From: Azolla caroliniana
Taxonomy: Eukaryota > Plantae > Polypodiophyta
Direction of reading: 5' to 3'
Assembly: GCA_043228905.1 (NCBI GenBank)
Contig: JBHGNT010000022.1
Location: forward strand, 9,610,001 to 9,674,000
DNA length: 64,000 bases
Part shown: piece by piece, positions 1 through 11,816 of the stretch
Position numbering within the stretch: position 1 is the stretch's first letter
Layout: every line of letters begins with the position of its first letter
Translations under genes and position numbers: made by a program
The notes under the pieces: model-generated
What the model saw: only the letters and a program-made list of their open reading frames with translations
Told to the model about the DNA's origin: nothing
Database searches by the model: none

Positions 1-2157
1 GTATTTAGCCTGATCCATCTCTACATTATACACTATTAATAAAAAGAATTACTAAAAACAAGTTAATCATGTATATAGACATTATCTATCCTCATATGAG
101 TCTATATGCATGATGTCAAGTTGGATGTTAGCTTCCTTGAATAATAGATTATTTTCTATGATGTCCACTTATGTTAGCATTGCAAATGTGACTTCCTATT
201 CCATTGCATCCTATGTCCAATTTCTCATGGAGGTTTTTGATGGTAAAGTCAAGTCCCACAACTTCATGATCATATTTAACCTTGTCATCATGCATCTCTA
301 CATTATACACTTACTACAAAGGTTGAATTGGTAGCATGTACTTTCAACATGCGCTTGTTAGTAGTATGAGTAATAACTTGATAATCTCACTAAACACGAG
401 TTTTCACTTCCACACAAAGTTAATCTTTATAAATTGATATAGGCTCTACCCACTTCATCTTCAATGTTCTAACCGTCATGAGAACATTGGTTTCCAATTC
501 CAAAGTATGAGGTTGGTTCCCCACTAGTGGAGTTCTCTACTTTAAGGTTAATATAAGATTTTATCTCATGCTTCTTTGCAACATCTTTGCTTGTTAGAGT
601 TTCATCTCGGTTGAGGATAAAGTCAACATACACTTCTTCCTTCCACTCCAATCTTGACTTTTTCTACAACCCGATAAACAGTTCCTGCCTACTCGAAAAG
701 GAGCAATATGAATCTTACTGAGAGAAAAAACTAAATCAAATTTAGAAGACAAGGTACTTAAACGACTTCTCAATTCCTTATTTATATAATAAGTTGGAGA
801 AATGCACGACCTTTCTACCATTTATAGCATTAAAATAGCATTAGTCTACCATGGATCCTTACATGAAGGTTAAGTTTGATATTTCCCCTTTTTTGTTATT
901 TTCATATCACCAATCATGCCTCAGTTGAACAAGACCTAGTCAATTTCTTAATTTACTAAGACAAATCCATACGAATATTCCTGAGAAAGAGGCATTCATT
1001 ATTAGGAAAAATTATTCATCAATGATTACCTTTTTTATACAATTCATTTCCCAAAAAACAACTAAATATAGTTACATTTGTTTTTTCTATTATCTTGGAC
1101 TCAAAACCTCATCACAACAATTGAATTCTCGTCATTCTGTGCAAATATACATTCGTTAGCTGAAAAACTATCACTTCACAATCCCTGTTTTTCTACCCCT
1201 AGAATTTGTCCACAATTACCCCCTTATAACCCACCATTCATTTGTATGTTTTTATTCTTAATTCAGTCAAATGCTGTGTTGATGTACCTGCCCTCATATT
1301 GTAGAAGCAAATGGCTAAAATCAATGTTCAACTATTACACCACAATAGGATGCAGAGTTTTCTGTGGATCAGTAAGAAGGAACTCTGTTTCAGATCTTCA
1401 AAGAAAATGAACTGAATATTTTACCCAGAACATTTCGACGTACTAAAGCACCAACACAATATATTAATCTGGAACTTCAAATACAATATATACGTTAGCA
1501 TCAACCTAAAAATGAAAGATATACAAACCACAAATTTTTATGTCAACAATGCCAATATTACTTCAGAGAGCTTTTTATGAAGATGTGTATCCAAGGAGCA
1601 ATCTTCCACTTGCTCAAAACAATGGAGCAAAAAGAGACGCGCCACATGAACAAACTTTGACGCCTTCTGTGTCCTGGGTATGTTGAAGCATCTTACAAAA
1701 TAAAAAACACATCAAACTGCAATGATCAAAGGCTGGCAAGCACAGGTTTAAAATCTGCTCATAAGATATTTATAAACCATTTCTGTGCAGCTATTCATCT
1801 GGTCCTTTATTCACAGAGATTTCCACCCTTAGATGAAGAACCCTTGAAAGAACCTCAGTATCTTGATAACTTGAGTTCAAGCTATATGCTCCTTATAATC
1901 TGATCCAATCAGAATATTCACATATGGCTGCTTGAAGCAATGGCCATTTAATTGCTTGCCCAAAGTCATTGCTATAATATTGGTGTACAGTTAGCAGCCA
2001 ATTGCATTACCAATTCAAATTGGTTCAAGTTAATCCTGTGAGGGCTTCAAATACTTTGGCACACCCACAGACATATCCAAACCAAATGATAAATCAGCTT
2101 GACTACTTGAATGCTATACCTTACATTCATCAAAGATGCCACTCACCAACCAGAGCT

Positions 2158-5100
2158 CTATACACCTCTACGTGGCACATACAACTCTCGTTTACTACGC
2201 TTTTGCTTTATGCCTGTATGTGCTTGAAGCACAGCTTCCAAACCTTCCTCATTAGGAATGGAACCAACATCATGATATGGAGTTTTGGGCATGCCATGGA
2301 ATCCAGCGTTAAGACCTCCATGTACACTACTTGATGTGTTGATTTTGTATACTTCTGGAGATGGCTTGTGAACAATTCGGCTATCTAAAAATTTGGGCGG
2401 TGGTCCCAATATGGATCCCTTATCATTCTGTGGACCTAGTCTTTCCCACACACTCTTTCTTATGTGGCTGGGGGAATCCTGTGCAACTTGAAATGGTGAT
2501 GGTCTATTCTGTTGGAAAATACCATCTTGAACCCTTGGCCCTTTGCTCCCAGATGCCTCTCTAGGTAATTGTTTATCAGCAGGAACAGCTGTTTTGGTAA
2601 CAAATCCGGCAGCATTCTGAAGTTGACTCGTTAGACTATCCTCTTTCTCTCCTTCCCCTTTCATTTTTGGAAAATCATAACTATCAGGCAAATCATCTAC
2701 AATGTCTCCCCATTTTCCTAGCATTGGTGAGTAAAATAAGTTATCCTTTGATAGTAGAGAACTCAGTTGAGGCTGCAATCCAGGTGTTGGACTCTTTCCT
2801 GAGATATCAGACATAGAATTTCTCGTAATTTGATGTTCTGTATTACCTTCTAAATAGATACTTAATCCTTGAGCCTGTACTTTAGTCTCACCTGAAACCT
2901 GAAATGAAGGAGATCCAAGTGGCAGTATAAAGTCCTTAGCTTTTGATCGAGACTCTTTGATCTTACTGTACAATTCTCTCCTCTTCTTCCCACCAGAACC
3001 ACTACCAGCGATCTTTTGTTTTCCCCTTGAATCAGAGTGAGATCCTAAAGCATTTGACTGAAGAGATTGCATTGCAGATTGTACATCCATGGAGAGATGG
3101 AGAGTTTCCATGGATTGTAACGTGTTACTGTACATCTGTTCAAAAGATTGCCCTTTCCTAATAGAACTAGGATTTTGAGAACTTGACATGTTAAACCCTC
3201 GTAACAGAGAGCTAGGCATTCTTGCATCGTTTACGTGTACTTCTGAAGTGCGTGTATCTTCACTACTATGACTGGCATCATTATGTAAATGCAAAGATGC
3301 AGAATATTCCTTATGAGACGACAAGCTAAATTGGTGTACATTATCTGATTGGGCACCCTTTCCTTCTCTACCAATGCTAGATATTGCAAATTTGGAAGAA
3401 TCCCCGGCAACAAGACCTTCTGACCAGCTAACATTATCTGATTCCTCATTGCCTTTTGGAAGTCTCACTACCTGCCTTTTATTGGTAAATGGTGAACTAA
3501 CCAACCCTGGATCCTGGCTGATATGGGAACCAATGCTAGGACTTTCATTTGACTTGAAACTTTGATTGCCAACCGATTTTCTCTCATTTTGCTTGCGATC
3601 TGTTGTTGAATCTAATACATCTGACGATTCAGAAAACTCAATGTGCCTCATTTTCTTCTGTGTATCAAAAGTAACTTTGATACTCATGCCAGACATGGAT
3701 GCTTCCACTTCAGGCTCTACATAATGTACATAGCGTTCTCCAGAACTGCTCTTAACCACTTTCAGTCCCCCTTCAGCCTTGTCTAAATTAAGTGACTCAA
3801 ACAAGGGGAAAGAAGATTCAAAAACTGAACCTGTTGATCCATCAGAAGAACTGTTCACATATGTTGCCGTTTGGTGATAAGAGGAGTCTCCGACATCCGC
3901 ATTGTGTTGCTCTTGTGAACCTTTTGCAGACTCACGAGCAACAGGAGGTCGATAGATTGATATAGAGCGTTGTTTGTCTCTGTCTATTCTTCGAGACCCT
4001 CTTTTCCCGAGTGCATCATCCCCTTGGATGGATGGTTTTCTATTGATTTCATGGAATTCATCAGGCTGCAGAGGCCCTCTTTTAGTTTGAAGAGAAGAAG
4101 TCTTCTTGGGTTCTACATTATGCTTCTGCTTTGACTTAGTTTCGTGGCTTTGGCTGATCAGTGTTTTCTGTAGGAATTGAGCGTCAATCCTCAGATGCCT
4201 TTTTCCCTCTAAGTTGGTTTTATGTTCCTAAATGGCAAATGCACAAAAAACGTAAATGAAAGGAAAAGACGAAATATATTTTCTCCTCCGAAAATAAATA
4301 ATAGATCAACTATGACATAATGAAAAATGGAGACGGAAGATTCAAAAGCACAGGGTTAACATTAGATTAACACTCTTCTGAATCCTAAGCTCATGCAATG
4401 TTTCAACAATCAGAATAGATTTTCACAAGGTTGCATTAACATCAACCCTACGAGTATGCAACATTTGACATATCTTGATTTTGACAGTGATAGCTACAAA
4501 CTCAGTAATTTCTGTTTTCTTTTATACCTTTTTCCCTTACCATCTACAAAACCTTTCTTGCCTTACTGGCACTCTTGACGATGCTTTGTCTTGTGATTCT
4601 CTGAAAATATTCATGATTCTCTCCTATTACTTGCACCTAGCATTTGATTTCATTAACTTGCTGTTACCCAGTGATACTTGTTCATTCAAAATCTACAAGC
4701 CATAGTCAAAGATAGCTTCCTACAGGAGTGAATGCAAGAAAGCCTACCATTGATTATGCTTGTTGATTGTTCTTACTAGAGTTAGTTACGTACTTGACAA
4801 GTTTAACCAAGAGAGACAAGTCATAAACGGCTCTCATTTACTAATCGATTGTAGACCTAACCAAAGCCCACTTATCCAGCAACATTGTATATAAGAACCA
4901 AAGGTACTCTGCATTGTGCATGTGTGCACCTCTAAAGGTCTTGTAAATAATACTATTTCATGGGTTACATCTTAGGGAAAGGAGAACGAATAGGATGGGG
5001 GCTCCTCACTTATGAGGTGTATCCTCCATGCATTACCTGTAGTAAATACCTAAAAAATAATAGGCTCTCGACCAGATAAGGGGTCTAACTTTTAAGATTA

Positions 5101-8100
5101 TGGCTTATGGATACTCATATCTCATTGAAGTCAGCAGATGAAGAAACATATGAGATCCCATCACACATGTGCCCCTTCAGCCACCATGTGATGCTTCTTA
5201 ATGCTTCTTTTGATTTTTGCTTCATCCTAAGCATCATAAGCTTTGATTTCCCCTTCATCATAACTTCTCCATTGTACATTTATGATCTTTCCAAACCCTT
5301 TATTCTCCATTATTGACACGTGCATCAGGTTTGGGGGACTGTAGCCCATACACTTCTATCAGTGAGCGGTTCCTCCCCAGCCCAACCCCGTACACAACAA
5401 GCTAATACCCTTCTTAGCCATGTTTCCCCTCTCCTTGAAATTGAATTCTTTTTCTCAAATTTTGGATGAGATTTAATGGCATCATGGCACAGGTAGCAAT
5501 TTTGGGCCAACTCAAGTTTCAGAAGATATAAGTCATCGTGCAGCAATTACTGTTGGTTTGTAATTAATGAAAATGAGAAGATAAGAGTTTATGGAGTGGA
5601 TCTTTGTATAATCCTCCTGAATCAATAAAGCCCAGGCCCAAGACTGGCACCGCCACATCAGACATGGCGGGCTGATGCAGTGCTGCCACAACAGTCATGG
5701 GAGGAGGCGCCTCTGCAGCACCACCATAAAGCATGGTGGCTTGTTGCAGTGAGGCCACAACAACCATGGTGAGTGGCTCTGTAGCGCTGCCATAGAGCAT
5801 GCCAGGCTGCTGAAATGCCGCCACAGCAGACATGGGTTGTGGCTCTGCAGAGCCACAGTAGGGTTTGGAGGGCTGCTGTTGTTGCCTGCCCATGATGCGG
5901 TAGACAAGGAGCGCAGGGGGTATATTCTTGACTTAGGGTTAAGTTACGTGACGATTTAGATGCGTTGGGGACACGCTGAGGTGTCTAGTTTACGTTCGGG
6001 GCACGTGTGTGCCTTCCCTGTGTGCAGTGCTGGCTCCCCATGAGTTATTCATTGTCTTGCATTTGAATAACTCAAACTGTTCATTTGATGTGTGTAGTGT
6101 TTTTCCAGACTAAGTTAGACTCGGAATAACCTACATTTTTATTACTTGCACAGGGTAAAATAGACACCATTTTACATAAATCACTGCATCACTGTGATAA
6201 GACGAATGTGAAGAAGGATTTTACAGATCCAAGGTTACAATGCAAGACCTCAATGGATGCACATTTAAACAGCACACATTAATAGAAAACAGAGTTTTAC
6301 CTTATTTTCTAGAATTTTACTCTCCACCTGCACCAAATTTGCAGATTGTTGAGCTTGCATTTGCCTTTCAACTTGCTCCTTGTCATATTGTTCTCTATCA
6401 TGTTGAATCCTTACCTGAAATAATTGGAGTGTGCTAAGTACTAACAACTAGCAAAGCAAAAGAAAACAGAGAACAAAAGCCAAACATAACTTCATACTTA
6501 GTTTACATAATGAAACAAATTGGCGCAGAATGTCCATTGCATAAGATGTTCAACAGACATGACATCCTGATAATTACAAAGTGACACCTATGTTGGTGGC
6601 TGACAGCATCAGAACTAATCTCTCCCCTCTACATTTTCTCAACACGTTTTTCTCTCTATAGATTTACTTTATTCCAGCATTTATTTCATTTCATGTTCGG
6701 AACCTGCCACTTCATCAGGGAAGTTACTACATTGTTTTATTATCTCCATTACTTTTAACTCATTATGCTCCTAGGCATATTTTCTCAACACATTTTTCTC
6801 TCTATAGATTTACTTTATTCCAGCATTTATTTCATTTGACATTCGGAACCTGCCACTTCATCAGGGCAGTTTACTACATTGTTTTATTATCTCCATTACT
6901 TTAACTCATTCTGCTCCTAGGCATATTTTATGCCCTGTATTAAGTGCATACATTGCAAAACCCACTCTCATTTTTGTATTTAAAGGCTTTGAGCCTCGCT
7001 CACAAAAAATGGCTTTTAGGTTATTTTCCTGCTGCTGCTGGCTTTTTTGGCACCTTCAAGAGGGCAATATAGTTGTAATTCACAAGTTATTCTATAGCTT
7101 TATCAAAGTTGGAAGAACCCATAGGTTATTTGTATTCCCAGGAACCCCTCACCTACATCCCCATGAGTATCTCTTGACCCACTATTGATCAAACCACCTG
7201 AGTGCTTGGCTTTACCTAAGTGGCATCATTCAGTTGGAAAAGTGAGCTCCATACCAACTGGTGGCCAAAACCAAACTACCTGAGTGTTGGGCTTTACTAG
7301 AGTGGCGATTATTCAGCCAAAAAGAATTTGCATCAACCACATATGCAGTCCCAAATCAATCAAATTCCAATTCTAGTATATCAAGGAGTCAAATTGATCA
7401 TGAACTTTTCCCCGGATGAAAGAGTAGTAAAGGGGTCGTATCATTATAAAACACTGTGTGCAAAGTTGAAGGACCACTGTAACGTGTACAATGCAATCCA
7501 TGCATAGTGTGAAACAGTACACTGGATTTACAATATTTTAAATCCTATATTGCATATGGTAAAAATATAGAAAAAATGTTCAATCACTAAATTTAAGCAT
7601 AAAAACAACCCAAACTTTAAGATTCAATACACTGGAGCAGTTTGTCTATTTTCAAAACAATTCTCTAGAGCTCTACTAGTTTAAGTGTCACGTGTAAGAC
7701 GGATGTAGATACAATAAAATTTGAGAATCTAGATGACCTTTTGAGAAGTTCACTTGCCCCATGTAAGACAGATTGATTTCAGCAAGGCTTACATTACAGT
7801 AAGGATGCCTCTTTTGGTGATACATCCTACCAGATGTATATGATATCTGATGAGTGATCGTTTATATTTTACCATGTAAGATGTTTGAACTTTCTTTTAC
7901 ATAATTCAAGCAATATGGTTCATGTTACAAATAAAGGATTACCTAAGCAAATGTTACCTAGAAGAGTCTAATTCAGGGAAGAGGAACTCACAATTTCTCG
8001 AACAAATTGATGGTGTATATTGATTTTCTTGCGTTGCTGAGATATTTGAATTCCAGAGGCAGGACTACTAGCAGAATCTTCACCACCACTACTGTTGGCA

Positions 8101-9632
8101 TCTTCAATGGTGATCTGATCATAGGTTCCCTTAAGTTTACATCCACTTCCCGCAGTGCTATCTAGACTACTTCCACCATCCTTATCGGTATTTTTCCCAT
8201 GTTGTGCGGCACTGCTTGAACCCTCAGTTAATGTCGGTGACAATGGATTCATTTCCATCTTGACCTTGTTTCCTTGTTTTCTCTTTCCTTTAATGTGCTT
8301 CAGGTTCAACCTCTCGGTATTGATAGGGGTATCAAATTGGACAGGTGAGGCAGAAGCAACCAAATGGGACACGTAATGTTTGGCTGCAATTGTTGCAATA
8401 GTTCTCTCTTCTGAAGAAGGCTCTTCATTACTGATACCAGTAATACATACCTGATCCATTACTGTAGCAACTTCTGCAGAATCAGCATCCAGATGAAGTG
8501 CACAACATTGTAAGTCTGATTCAACCATTTCTTGCTTTATCTCATGAACATTAATTCCACTCAAGGTGTCGTTTTCTTTCTCATCACTATTAGTTTCATA
8601 TGAAGTAATAATACTCTTGGGTTGCTCTTGTTTCTTCTCACTAGAATTTGAGTTTGACCCATTTAAAGTCTGATTGTTCCCAGCAATATCTATATTTCTG
8701 CAAGCTTCTTGGTCATCTTCTTTAATACTCTTGGATCCAATATTTCTATTTGCATTACCTTCCTCATCAGTCTTTACCAAGATAGAAGTTTGTAGCAGTT
8801 TGATCTGCTCCTTTTCAATCTCTGTAAAATCTTTGGATGTGTCTGCAGAAACTACACCAGCTACATCAAGAAAAGCTTCTACTGTCTCTGGTTTTTCTTT
8901 GATAGAAAAAAATCCTCTTTCTTTTTCATTGGATTCTAAATTCAAAACTACACATTTTCCTTGCAAGGCTTCCACGTCAACGGGACTGCCTTCAGCAATA
9001 TAGTTTTCTTGTAAATAGTCTGCATCAACAAGTTTAACTTCATCTTCAACACAATGCTCGCTTGTTGCTCCAAATTCTCCCTGTTTACCTCCAGATTCTG
9101 GAGATTTTTCAATACATTGCTCACTGGATACATCACAATGCTCCCTGTCTATTTCTACATCTTGAATTGAGTTATTGATATCTACACTATTTTCCAACTG
9201 AATTTTTTCTTGATTTTTCTCATCATTAACGTTACCCCCTGACAAAATCTGCTCACTTTTTGCTCCTACAGCTTGAATTGAGCTCTTGTTATCAACAAGG
9301 TTTCCTGAGTGATCAGAAACCTGAGATTCTTGCTGATTTTTCTCACCATGAGCATCACTGGTTGTCTCCACACCTTGAACTGCACTATTTTTATCCTCAT
9401 AGTTTTCTGATTGATCACAAAACCCTTGACTGTTCTTGTCATTGACTTCATCTAGTGTGGACATACTGGATTTCACATCTTCCTTTTCAGAATCAGGAAT
9501 TTCTCTTCTTTCCTCCGACTGTGGCTCCGAAACTTCTATTCTTTTCTCTTTCTCGGAAGATTTTAGCTTTCCTTCCTCTGATACTCCACGAAAACTGTTG
9601 TTTTCATCACCATGGCCTGCTTCATGATCCAT
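2158..9632 (-). CDS. Large, mostly intrinsically disordered protein of unknown function (~1274 aa); proposed exons 9632-7992, 6414-6301, 4227-2158
   Basis: Two long ORFs (7968-9656; 2158-3858, extendable in frame to an AG acceptor at 4227) plus a 114-nt exon, all joined by phase-0 GT-AG junctions (ATT|GTGAGT, tttcag|GTA, AAG|gtaaaa, tttag|GAA). S/E/K/Q-rich, no recognisable globular domain. An extra exon near 4550-4690 cannot be excluded. Confidence 0.65.
5663..5863 (-). repeat. Three degenerate 66-69 bp tandem units within a GC-richer intronic segment
   Basis: Units start at about 5663, 5732 and 5798. They translate in frame as 'P.xM..VA..QQ..MLYG.A.E' (ORF 5564-5893). Confidence 0.7.
6633..6929. 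repeat. 146-bp tandem duplication in an intron
   Basis: 'attttctcaacac...ctcctaggcat' occurs at 6633 and 6779 with few differences. Confidence 0.9.
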
Positions 9633-10069
9633 CAAAGCAAAAACGTATTCCTTCACTAGCTCTGAGTCTTCCAGATCTACAGTTTCCAGGCTTCTTAATT
9701 ATTTCCCTTCCTCTTCAAATACTCCTCCGACAGTTTCGTCTTATTCTTCTTCCGACTTCAATCCTTTGCTTCGCTTTACTTCTGTCAATCTCCCGTTCCT
9801 TCAGCAGCTGCTGCAGCACAGTGAATCGTCCGCTTTTTCTTTTCTGTCTTCTTCAAAACGTCTCAGTCAATGGATGCTCTTTCCTTCTCTTCTCTCACCC
9901 TGCATGTGCAGTCCCTCTGCATCTCCGTCGACCTTCCGGCTATGGCGTTTCTCCTGTCTGTGTCTCTGTTTCCTTCCGTTCCTTCTTGAATTTTCTCTTC
10001 TGCTCTGCGCAGAGTAAATAAAGTACACACAAAATTATTGAACAAAAAGAAAGCAAAGAAAAGCAAAAG

Positions 10070-10222
10070 GCATACATGACATAACATACATACATAACAT
10101 AACATACATGCATAACATAACATACATGCATATACATACATCATACATGACATGACATATGTACATATACATACATACATATGCATACATACATGAACAT
10201 ATACATACATACATACATACAT
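10070..10222. repeat. (TACA)/(CATA)n-type microsatellite in the putative 5'UTR intron (10005-10233) of gene 1
   Basis: Visible repeat, flanked on the minus strand by CAG|GTAAGC (10234/10233) and gcgcag| (10005/10004). Confidence 0.75.
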
Positions 10223-11176
10223 GGCTTGCTTACCTGTGTGTTATGTCTCGTGTTGTGGTATATCCCGAACCCGAGACTTTCGGTGGTGATGAGGGCAATG
10301 GGTCATTTTCACCTGTATGGTGGTCATTTGTGTTTCCCCCCTTGTCATGACTCATTATCACCTTTGTTGGGCGGCTAGGGGGCTGGTGCCCACGTGGAGG
10401 GATTTTGTGTATTGCCTCCTTGAATGATGTTGCATATTTACTTGTCGCCACTCAGTACTCCCAAAACCGGTCATTGCCTTCTTCTTTTGGTTCAAATTGC
10501 TACTTCAAATTATCTAGTTATGGTGAAGCTCTTGGTCAAGTAAGCTTTGTTCCACATCATCGTCGATATTTTATCAACCAAATGAACCTAAGTAGGGGCA
10601 GTAATCTACCTTCACTAAGGGGCCCATAAAGCATGAATAGATTGTTATGACATGGAATCTATGAAGGAAGGCAAAAGTAGTTTTAAGGTACTCCATACAC
10701 GATGTTATGTGGAGATCGGTAGGGTGTGCAAAGTTGAGAAGGTCTAGTTTTAAACAAATGAACTAAAAATGAAACCACTCATAGAGCATAAACACACTTC
10801 ATTTTATTTAAGTTAACCACGTAAATAAGATTAGTGCAAAGCACTTACTCAATGATATTGTGAGGAGACATAAATTACAACTTCAATCTCAAGAAAGGCA
10901 CAACAAATGGTCTTTGTTGTCTTTTATATGAGAAAAATGTATAGAATCACCCTGATGCTATGTTGGCCATGAGAGAACATGTTTTGCATTTTACCAAATA
11001 TGTGCAAAGCCTTCAATTTGAGGAAGCGTTATTGAGGGGGTTTGAGAATGCAAGTTGTTTAGTGGTTCCATATTTGGATGTAATGAACCGCAAACATGTT
11101 GTATTGGATATACCTTCAAACATATTGTTTGTGTAAAGAATCGATGGTGATTCTTGTGCAGAGGAATAGATATGTG

Positions 11177-11178
11177 TG

Positions 11179-11272
<94 letters not shown>

Positions 11273-11670
11273 AATAAAAATAGAGGAGAGAAGAGAACAC
11301 AAGATAGATAAGCAAGAGAAATAAAATACTCAAGAAGAAGAAGATGTATATTTCACAAGTAGAATGGAGATACAAAATTGTAGCATTACAAGGAGTCACA
11401 ACCGACATAATATGAAGTATGAGGAGGGTGCTTTATATAGAGTCACCATCTCTCTTCATTAACTTACAACAACCACTCTCTCTCTTGGGGAATGTGAAAA
11501 CTCATAGTCATGGGGAATATGTAACTCATTAGTTATGTGTCATAAATTATGATTCTATGCCACATAGTTAATGTGTAGAGAGTAGTGGTGTGACTCTTTA
11601 CCTTTGAGTAATCATGAATTCTCAAAAGGTGTGTTTACACGTTGCACTATGTTGAACTTGATTCTCAACA
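11177..11670 (-). mobile_element. Probable solo LTR of a Copia family related to A/C, containing a (GT)n(GA)n microsatellite (~11180-11271)
   Basis: Ends 'ttgattctcaaca', like the C LTR end 'ttgatctctcaaca'. Same GT/GA microsatellite layout as the C LTRs, and TATATAAA on the minus strand. No TSD confirmed; left boundary uncertain. Confidence 0.45.
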
Positions 11671-11794
11671 GTATATTTATATTCATGAATATGAGGCACC
11701 AGAAAGCTAAGCCAAGGCTCATGCCCATCATCATTGGCGTTTCATTAAAGAATGTTGTGACATGCGCAAAGGCCAAATGGTGATTGCGGAGGAT

Positions 11795-11816
11795 GGGGGG
11801 GGGGGGGGGGGGGGGG
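11795..11816 (+). repeat. G22 homopolymer
   Basis: Direct count of 22 consecutive G. Confidence 0.9.

Noticed and set aside
1-1400. Short ORFs in AT-rich DNA, possibly a decayed TE
   Set aside because: No diagnostic motif or termini could be identified.
4550-4692. Possible additional exon of gene 1
   Set aside because: Several acceptor/donor choices hit stops, and the flanking exons already join in phase; cannot be supported without RNA data.
11177-11670. Idea that this LTR-like segment is the 5' LTR of element A
   Set aside because: It is in the opposite orientation to A's 3' LTR, differs in sequence, and has no adjacent PBS.
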